DNA from: Eledone cirrhosa
Taxonomy: Eukaryota
Length of the DNA: 64,000 nt
Assembly (NCBI GenBank): GCA_964016885.1
Contig: OZ024740.1
Span: forward strand, 184,264,001 to 184,328,000
Direction of reading: 5' to 3'
Shown here: piece after piece, positions 53,636 to 64,000 of the stretch
How the letters are laid out: each line of letters begins with the position of its first letter
Position numbering within the stretch: position 1 is the stretch's first letter
Position numbers and translations under genes: made by a program
Notes under the pieces: model-generated
The model's input: only the letters and a program-made list of their open reading frames with translations
Database searches by the model: none
Told to the model about the DNA's origin: nothing

Positions 53636-54540
53636 TATACATATACTCAAACATCCATATATACACAGGTGTGTATATTAAGACAGAAAAAGGTAGAAGT
53701 AGTAAATATAGTGATTTTCAATACATTCTCGAATTAGTGACATTTAATAGGTTTAAAAATATGCTTACAATTATGCTTAGACAATACGATTGACCGTCCC
53801 CCACAAATAGAATTATTTCATGGTCTAGATACTATGTTTTTGTGATGGAAATTAAAGTTAGCAATAGGAATGGAGAATAGAAATTAAAATAGAAAACACT
53901 GTTTTAAGTAAATAAGGAATATAGCCTAAAGTGTGGAGTGTGAAAATTTAAAGAAACAATAAGTTAATATCATCCTCTATCACATGAAATTAACAATGTA
54001 AAACAATGAAAAAACAATGAAAAAATTGAAAAAATGAATAAACAATGACAATATTTAGTAGTTTTAGAATTAATTATCGCATTCTATACCTTAGATTATA
54101 TTCTTTAATTTAATACAATTCAAAACTGTTAATTTCGGTTATTTAGTCTTATTTACACATTTTAACTTCCATTGGGAAAACATAATTTCACCACCCAGAA
54201 TTAGGCTTGGTTGTGTAAGTAGTATAAGAACCATTATAAGTCATAATCTCCCTCTACTACAGCATTTTGCTTTTCTGTCAACACACTATGCGCCGGAATC
54301 GAAGCTGGCTGACTGGGACCCTGTGATCCTGAAACGAGGGAGGGGGATGAACCTCTATAGGATAGTTGCCTGTGGTTAGCAATAGTAGTCTGTTAAATAT
54401 CCCACATTTACACATGGGCAGATCTGTTGGCGGGAATTGAAGTTCACGTGGGGAACGGGCATTCACTTCATGAAGATCATGTTTGTCCGTTCCCTTGTCA
54501 CTTCAATTTTGGATTACCTCCTGATTATAACCTTATTATG

Positions 54541-54621
54541 TAAGAAGCTGTCTGATGAGTTCATGACACTGGGAACTATGCAGAATTACACTGTTGTCAT
54601 TGAAATATTATCACGGCCTTA
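54541..54621 (+). ncRNA. Type I hammerhead with extended helix II (family F)
   Basis: GCUGU-CUGAUGA-GUUCAUGACA...UGUCAUU-GAAA-UAUUA-UC-ACGGC; outer UAAG/CUUA; AATAAA follows. Confidence 0.65.
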
Positions 54622-55952
54622 TCAATAAAGGACTTTAACATGTAAACTACTTTGTATTTCGTTATTCTAAAAATACTTCAACATTCCAATGTGGAAAATG
54701 CACGGTGAGTTCTCAAATTGAATTACATCAATGCTTTACTGTATGTATATATATATATGTGTGTGTGTGTATTTATTTATGTATTTAAATATATATATAT
54801 GCATATTTTGGTGTGTGTATGTATGTATATATACAAGTGTATGTATGTATATATACAAGTATATTGATAATTTAATTTAACTAAAGACCTAACATGAACT
54901 TCCTCAATTGAATAATAACTAAATTGTTTATTTCTATTATTCCTTTGGGCCTAACATGAACTTCCTCACATTTAATTACATTAATATTAAAATATAATAA
55001 CGATTTATGGAGAAGTATTACGGAGTTACATTTTGAGACCTATACTGATTACATATTCATAAGTGTAATGATATATACAGCCATATAACAGTTATTGTAT
55101 ACATGTGAATACTCTTTTGCTTATGTAATTCATATTAAAAACCTACACAGTCGAAAGGCACTTTTCTAAACCAAACCTTTTATTACACGGTGGTCCTTAA
55201 TCATTTAGTATTGTAATGTAATTATAAATAGCCAGGCTCTAACACAGGACATGAATTAAATGGACTACTCCATGCCAAAATGTACCACCTTATAAATATT
55301 ACCCCTTTTTTCCAATTTGAAGTTGCTGCTAAAAAATCATAACTAGAATGCCATTGTTATCAATCCACTTTATGTTTTCTCATGATTTTCAGTTATATTA
55401 GATTGAGTAACTTGATTCATATTAATTATGTACTTACCTATTGCACATCTATTAATGCAAAAACTATTAAATTAGTGTTGTGGCTTTTGGACTGTTTGCT
55501 TTTCTCTATCTGTATGTTGTCCTGTGTCACCAATGTATGTTTTTCTGATGCTTACACAAATTAATATATACCGCCTTATGCCTAAGCTTAAAAATATACT
55601 TCTCCACCATAATTACTACCTTGTACATCTACCTACTTCCCTTACTTTGTTCATTGTTCGCCTGTATTCAACATGTTCTAATGCTAATGTTATTGATACA
55701 TGTTTTTGTTGAATTCAATCCCTTTTATAGTCCTGGTGATATGCAGGTTGTTTTTATATTGTGTGAATGATTGCTGCTTAATTATAATTGATTGATTCAT
55801 TGTTTGCATATACATGCAAACTTATCATCTGTATACAAATGATGGTAGATATTAAAGATGGATTTAATTTAAAAACATTGGCTCTCTTTACCTTAAATAT
55901 ATATATATTTAAATATATGTATATATAACCAGGGAGTGTAACGTGAAGTTAC

Positions 55953-55985
<33 letters not shown>

Positions 55986-55994
55986 ATACACATT

Positions 55995-56150
<156 letters not shown>

Positions 56151-56390
56151 AAGCAGCACACAAAAGAAATAAAATACTCATGACAATTGAACAAAAGCAT
56201 CTATCTTCCTTCCCAATCACCCCCAATGCATCGGATGCATGATGGCTTAGAACATACTCCCAGAAAGATGTATATGAGATAAAACAATATAGAAACAGGA
56301 CAGATCTCAGTGTAGACAAGTTGTGCAAATGCTAACGCCAGATAAAGGGAAAGAATAGACTTTCCTAAAATGGGATAGAGATAGAGAGAG

Positions 56391-56437
<47 letters not shown>

Positions 56438-56447
56438 AGAGAGAGAG

Positions 56448-56543
<96 letters not shown>

Positions 56544-56863
56544 ATGCTAGTAAGTAAGCAGTTAATTAATCAAGGAAGGAACAATGTAGGCTTGAGGAAA
56601 GTATGCTTCACTGATAAGGTCTGGACCAGAAAGGAATGGCCTTCGATGAATGCATCAGTTGTTTGATGAGTCAGCTCATGAAATTAATGTGCAACTTGCT
56701 GAACAATCAACAGACATGCACTTTTGTATTACAGGAACAGTTACTCTGGCAGGTATTCAAACACTCTCTACCTAGGTTCACTCACAATGCATGGATTAAG
56801 CACAAGGTATTTGCCTTAAAGATTGCAAAATGAACTAATGTAATATGTCTAAAACACCAATAA

Positions 56864-58595
56864 CACCGTGTAACATATGTTTTGTTCCCCGGTTCTAAGT
56901 GTCATTTCATGGTTTGTTATATCCCATTATTATAAAAAAAACACTATTATTTAATCAGAAGTGTGGGTTTGTGGTCAGGAGTTTGATATTTCGAATTTTC
57001 ATATTTTTCAAGAAAAAAAATATTTAAAAAAAATGTATCAGTTCATAATTAAATCAACAGAGAATATATTTATTTTATTATACAAGCTTATCAAAAGCAA
57101 ACAAGTAAAAACAAATAACACTTATAAAGCAACTTATACACGTCAGAAATGACTGGATTTCCTGGATTTTCGGTTGTAGTCCAGGTCGCATTCCCACACT
57201 AGCCCCCAGATATAGTCCCCCATCATTTTTTCATTGTAGTGGCCCTGGTACCTCCGCTCTATCTCTTATTTCACATCTTCGTAGAATCGTTCGCCTTGTT
57301 CTTCTGAGTAGGCGCCCATATTGTCCTTGAATTTTTCCAGGTGAGTGTCCAGCATATGGAGTTTAAGCATCCCATGGCGCCAAAAGTCTTTACCAGATCC
57401 TGCACCAGTTGCTGGTAGTTTTCAGCTCAGAAGTTGTCCAGGAAGCCCTTAACAACTGCCTTGAAACAGTTCCATGCTGTTCTCTCAATCCTATTGAGCT
57501 TATTAGAGAACTCGGTAGACTCAAACACATTCTTTATCTGAGGTCCAACAAAAATTCCAACCTTGATTTTGGCCTCAGATAACTTGGAGAAGAACTCAAG
57601 AAGGTATTTAAAAGCGGCTGATTCTTGGTTGAGAATCTTCACAAACTGCTTCATCAACCCCAACTTAATGTGCAGTGGCGGCATGAGCACAATCCTGGGA
57701 TCAACTAGTGGCTCCCACATGACGTTCCGAGTCCCAACTACAAATTCTGTTTGCTGCTCCGAGTTCTTTATTTGTAGTGGTCAGAGGTGGCTCTGCTGTC
57801 CCAAAGGCAGAGGAAGCATTGGAATTGATAAAGCCTCCTTGGAGTCCAAGCAGGAAAGCCACCATCTTGAAGTCTCCAATGATTTCCCAATTGTACTGGT
57901 TGTATTGCAGAGCTTCCAAGAAGACTTTCACACTGTAGTAATCTTCTTTCAGGCAGACTGAATGAGCTAGGGGCAGTGTCGGGAACTTGTTTCCATTGTG
58001 GAGGAGGACAGCCTTCAAACTTGCGGTGGAGCTGTCTATAAATAGCCGCCACTGCTTGGGCACAAACGACACTACAATAACGTCAAACAGTCCAGGCATG
58101 TCATGGCAGAAGCAGAGGCCATCCCTAAGAGTGTAAAAGCCTGAGAAAGGTTTGTGTCGACTTCTCTGACTTGTCACCTGCACTTCCTCCTTGACCAAGT
58201 TCCACTGCTTCATCCTGGAGACGAATGCTTAAAACACAACTTACCCTTTATTCAGGGTGCGAAAATCCAGTATCAATAAATCTCTTTAATCCACTTTTTA
58301 ACAATTTTATACTTTATTGCACTTTTATAATTTTCTTTAGGTATTACTCTTTATTTTATAATTTTAATTTAACCTGAAACATATATAAAAAAAATCGTTT
58401 AACAGAAGCAAATTAAACTTACATATAAAGTAAAATCCAGCATACAAATAATTCTAGTGAATAGCTTAGAATGTTTACAAACCCAAACTTTTAACTGTTT
58501 AATAACACTTTTTTTTTATTTATTTGGGACCTAAGCAACACAAAAAAGTGATTTTAAGCCAGGAACAGAGAAAAACAAATGTTTGTTATACGGTG
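56864..58595 (-). mobile_element. Chapaev3-type DNA transposon, internally deleted and frameshifted
   Basis: TAA|CACCGTGTAACA ... TGTTATACGGTG|TAA; WRLFIDSS, SLKAVLLHNGN, CFLCLWDSR, PPLHIKLGLMKQFVK, EEQGERF. Confidence 0.82.
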
Positions 58596-59225
58596 TAATT
58601 CAACCTAATCCAATTCAATCTAAGACTTTCTCACTGACCTCCACTGCTTTCTCTGTGTTGTTCATGTCAGGGGTGTAGCCATGCTGATCATTCATATCCA
58701 ATTTGGGATTGTTGAGGTTATTTAACCCATAGTTTGGGTGAATGGCCATTGACTCTCAGCAGTTCTTCCACCCTTTTTATAGCTCTTGATTTTTGTACTG
58801 CTGGTGTTCCATTTACGCTCATCACCAGAGCAGTGGCTGGTGGGGGAGCCGGTTTAGTCACCAACCACTCAACCATGAAGCAGCTTATACAGGGTTACAT
58901 GTTAGCAGTAGCTTGATCTGAACAATATTTAGCATATAATTATTGTTAAAATCGGATTCTCCCACTCTCGATGGAAATATAATTTTTCTTAAAAGTCTAT
59001 GACTAACTCTGTGAAGTTATCTCACTCCTCTTTTCGTATTATTAACAAATACATTTAGGCTTTTGTTCTTTTGTCCATCTAAGAGGCAAATATAAAGTCA
59101 TGCAGAATGTTCTGCATACCTCGTACAGTACACATGCACTTACCTAGACCACGTATATGTATGTGTCTGTATATATATATATATATACCGTATTATGTAT
59201 GTGTGTGTGAGAGGGATATATACAT

Positions 59226-59763
<538 letters not shown>

Positions 59764-60611
59764 TTTTGTCTTTATCTTCCTGATAGAATTATTGGAAACA
59801 AGGGTATTAAAAAGGATATTGTAATCAAACATTAAAACACACTGTCCATAATAAATGCATTGGAACATTTCTGATTGTCTCAGTGGTACTCAATAAATGT
59901 TCATGGTTTATGGATTTTGATGTTATTAGAATAATGTTTATAATACTAATATTGAAATGCGTAAAAGAAATATGTATGAGATAAAACATAAGTATATATG
60001 AAAGAAAATCTGAGTATCAGAGGTATCAGATTTAGTGACCGATGAGATGTCTGAGCTGGTATGAACATGTGATGTATAAGATGAGTGAGAGTTGTATTTA
60101 AGAAATTTGCTGAGTACTTCATGGAATAGTGACGCTATGGAAGCTATGAAACAATGTTGTGAAAATGACCACTAGGAATCAAATCTAACAAAGTAGATGA
60201 CACAGCAACACTAAAATCAAATGTTTTCAATGATCATCATCATCATCATCATCATTATTATCATCACCACCACCAGAACCAGCACGTGTTTTTTCTTCTC
60301 CTCATGATGATGATGATGATGATGATTATGAAGTTGGCAAGAGACCACTGACTATGCGGAGTATAGAACTCCGTTTAGTTTGTAGTGGATGAGACATTTG
60401 GTATCACTCAATAAAGAGGTGAAGGACTTCACAGAAGCAACATAGGATAGGGGAAGGACTTCATAATCTATCAAATTCTTGCAACAGAAAGATTCAATAT
60501 AGGGGAACCAAAACTGCTTTTATCTATTAACTTTGCAGTTTTGCAAATATTATCTTCCCTCACTGATACATACATACACACACACATATATATAGATATA
60601 TAGATATATAT

Positions 60612-60702
<91 letters not shown>

Positions 60703-60838
60703 ATATATACACATATATATACATATGTACACATATATATATACATATATATATATACAACTCGGAAGTTGTTTTTCGCTAATTTCCAATAGCTGAAATA
60801 CGATTCTCCCTAATTTATATTTATACACACACACACAC

Positions 60839-60881
<43 letters not shown>

Positions 60882-60885
<4 letters not shown>

Positions 60886-61600
60886 GTATAGGATTATCCA
60901 AGATGTAGTAATGGTTAATTACTACACTGGATATGGTTGACGTACGGTAAGAGGTTACTCTACGAGTTATGGAAGAATTGTTCAAGAAACTTAGTTCCTG
61001 ACCCTTCAGTATTCCGGAGTGTATATAAAGAATGAATAATAACAGGTAGACATCATAAAAAGGTAATTTATTCCGTGTGCTTACAAGTGTTTCCACGGTG
61101 GTACTGCAGCCTAGTTCCGCTACGTGCAAATTCACAAGTACTTGCAGAACTCGAATATCCAATGTTGTGACCACTGTTTCCTCAGAGCAGAATGGTAAAT
61201 GTACAATGTAAATACCCTTAAGTGGGGTTGTTGGGGAAGATAGAGTAGAACAGGAAGAGAGAAAAGTAGGGAAGAGGGAGATAGAAAGGAAGATATGCAG
61301 GGGTTGGAGAAGTAGGAGAGAGTGGCTTGTAGATATCTTAATCAAAATGTTATGGTAGGGGTTTTATTATACTGGTTACTTTTGGAAAGATGCGTTGATA
61401 GTTAAGGTCGGAATTATTTATTGCCCCAGAGGGCAGGTTCATAGAGGTTGAGAGGGAGGTAGGTCAAAGGTGAGAGAGAGAGTGTGTAATGGATGCACGT
61501 AGCGGAACTAGGCTGCAGTACCACCGTGGAAACACTTGTAAGCACACGGAATAAATTACCTTTTTATGATGTCTACCTGTTATTATTCATTCTTTATATA
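60882..61600 (-). mobile_element. PLE-like fold-back element between (TA)n tracts; inverted arms 61023..61128 / 61494..61600
   Basis: TGCACGTAGCGGAACTAGGCTGCAGTACCACCGTGGAAAC is present in both orientations. Confidence 0.75.
61078..61189 (-). ncRNA. Type I hammerhead with 85-nt helix II domain (family G)
   Basis: UGCU-CUGAGGA-AACAGUGGU...ACCACCGUG-GAAA-CACUUG-UA-AGCA. Confidence 0.68.
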
Positions 61601-62548
61601 TATATATATATATATATGTTGTGCATGGTGAGCTCGGGAAGGATAAAGTTAATGGAGCTGCTACCACTGCTAACTACAAAAGTTTTTACCTTCAAAATGA
61701 AGAGCAGATTGTGTGATGCATATATATAAACAGCAATGCTGCATCAAAGTGAGACCTGGATGCAAGGTACTCAAAGTTTATGGAAGCTATAGCGTAGGAA
61801 GACCTTGTAAGACTTCGGATGAGGTGATAAAAGCTGATCTTGCACAATTTCACCTATTGAAGGACCAAGATCTCTGGCATTATAGAGTAGCACAGAAGAA
61901 CTGCTTTCCTATGTACATGGGTCGGAGCATACATCTTGTTTGCACTACCTTTCCCTCATCCTTCCATACACCCACATGTCATAACACCCCACCCTTCATC
62001 CACGCCCTAAGACCCTACACATCATCCAGGCCCTCAAGCCCCACTCTAGATGTACTTTCCCTAACCCAGCCTCCAGACCACACTGTAAATGTTGTTGGTG
62101 GTAAGAAGGATATCCAGCTGTAGAAACCAAGCCAGAAACAGTTCTGTATGAGCAAGACAGGTTCATCTGATCTTGCTTGTAGCACAGCGGAATAACTCTT
62201 CTAACCCATAATAGTGTGGAAAAATGGATGTGAAACAGTGAAGATAATGATATTGACAAACTACATGCAGCCACACACATATCCAAGAATATCCTCAACT
62301 ATGTAAGCATCTATATTTCTTCAAACTATCTCAAAATTATCAACCTGAAATATAATTGCTGTTTATATCAGACAGGAAATGTATGGAAACCTGTGTGTGG
62401 GAGGAAGAGAAAGAGAGTGGAGAGAGACTTACAGAGAGAGAAAGGGGAGAAATTAAGAAAGAAAGAAAAAAAAGGGGAGAGAGTGTGTGTAAGAGCAATT
62501 ATGTAGACAGACAGACAAACAAAGGAGAGGACTTACTTTTATGAATCA

Positions 62549-63449
62549 CTAGCAGTGGTACCCGGCGTTGCACGGGATAAGGCGGACCGCCAACAGACCT
62601 AATCGTGGAAAAACTGCATGCCTGGACAATATGTAAAGAAAATAAACTGAATACTCTAATGGCTGAATAATCTTTAAGATTTTACTCGATGAAGCAGGAA
62701 AAATGCAGGTTTTCAGCTAGGGGATCAAGAAAATGAATTTTTTCTATGTGCATAATATGCCTTGAAATTTCGGGAAAATCAGCTAGACGTAACGCCTCAA
62801 AAAAGCCCTAGAATGCTGAAAATATAAAGTTTTTCACCTAATGCGGGCCCTAGGCCATATAAAAGTTGGATTTTCTTTGCTCACGATATGAAGAAGAGAC
62901 AGACTAATACATAGTTACAATTTCAAAGAAATCTGTCTGACGTAACGCCTCAAAAAAAAAAAAACTAAAAACCTTAAAAACCGCAGTTTTTCACTTAATG
63001 CCGGCCCTAGGGGATCAAAAAGTTGAATTGTTTATGTGCATAACACTCCCTCAAACATAAGTAATACACATGTAAAGTTTGATAAAAGTAGGTTAGGTAT
63101 TTCTCGAGTTTTAGGGATTCAAACTCACAGACACACACACACAGACAGACATCCTCAGGGAAGTGACGTAATGCAGACAGCTAGACATACAGACAGATAT
63201 TATAAGGGCGCGACGTTATATGTATGTACTATCTAAAAAGAGAAAGACTAAGAATTATAGAGAGATCGCTAAATCGCCTAATGCGGTCCCTGGGGCATTG
63301 AAAATTTGAAATTCCTTTTGCTCAGAACACTCCCTGAAACATAAGTTTTACAAGTGTAAAGTTTGAAAAGAGTCGGTTGGGTGGTTCTCGAGTTTTAGGG
63401 ATTCAAACTCACACACAGACAGACATCCTCAGTTTGATATATATATAGA
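62549..63449 (-). mobile_element. Non-autonomous Helitron
   Basis: On (-): A|TCTATATA start, subterminal hairpin CCCGTGCAACGCCGGG, CTAG|T end; internal tandem subrepeats. Confidence 0.8.
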
Positions 63450-64000
63450 TAGTGTTTTTCCTCAAATTATGAATGTATAAAATATTCCCACTTGTTAGTT
63501 TCTAATAGTTAAATTTATTTTGTTAAATCTATTCAATTAGTTACGTTGTGTAGTATATATGTAATTAAGTACTGTATATATTATATTTACTACAGAATAT
63601 CTTTTATTTTCCAGATATATTCTTTGTGATCCTGTTTCTATTTTTGTACTCCTGAACTTTCTTTCTCAGTTTTCATATGATTTATTACAACAAAAATCAA
63701 TATTTATATACCACAAGTAATAACATGACAAACTAAATATGATGGAGAGAGGGATATGTAGCGATATACAAGTTTTAAGAGGGGGTGAGTATGAGAAAAT
63801 ATAGAAGACATAAATAATCCGTAAATATCTGTGTTAGAGAAAAAACAAAAGAGAGAGAGAGTGTTAAATATAAAAGAGAAGGGAAGAAACTAAAAAGATG
63901 AAGATAAAAGGAAGGAGATGGAGATATAATAGAGAATGGAATAAAGGTATTTAGTCAATCATGAGATTAACTTACTATACAAAAGAACCGATATGCAATC

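Overview
Repeat-saturated eukaryotic DNA with no host gene I can support. The mix of (TA)n/(GA)n microsatellites, SINEs and LINEs suggests an invertebrate, probably an octopus-like cephalopod (inference). The window has two zones. (1) 1-26.5 kb is a dense array of non-LTR retrotransposons whose junctions are almost all (AAT)n microsatellites. R4/Dong-type (RLE) copies with intact tails read along the AAT strand, while Tx1-type (L1 clade, APE) elements and a tRNA-derived SINE read along the ATT strand. One Tx1 ORF2 is essentially intact (1129 aa). Two independent head-to-head Tx1/Dong chimeras break at the same Dong position. (2) 29-64 kb is a (TA)n-rich zone containing at least 11 complete type I hammerhead ribozyme motifs from about 7 sequence families. 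They lie in Penelope-like/retrozyme-like units, mostly arranged as fold-back inverted pairs abutting (TA)n. Several have very long helix II inserts, and two have the U3-A8 core covariant. This zone also holds a strand-asymmetric G-U-rich hairpin, degenerate HDV-like motifs, hAT, Chapaev3 and Helitron elements, and MITEs. All structures were read by eye and none was computationally folded or searched.
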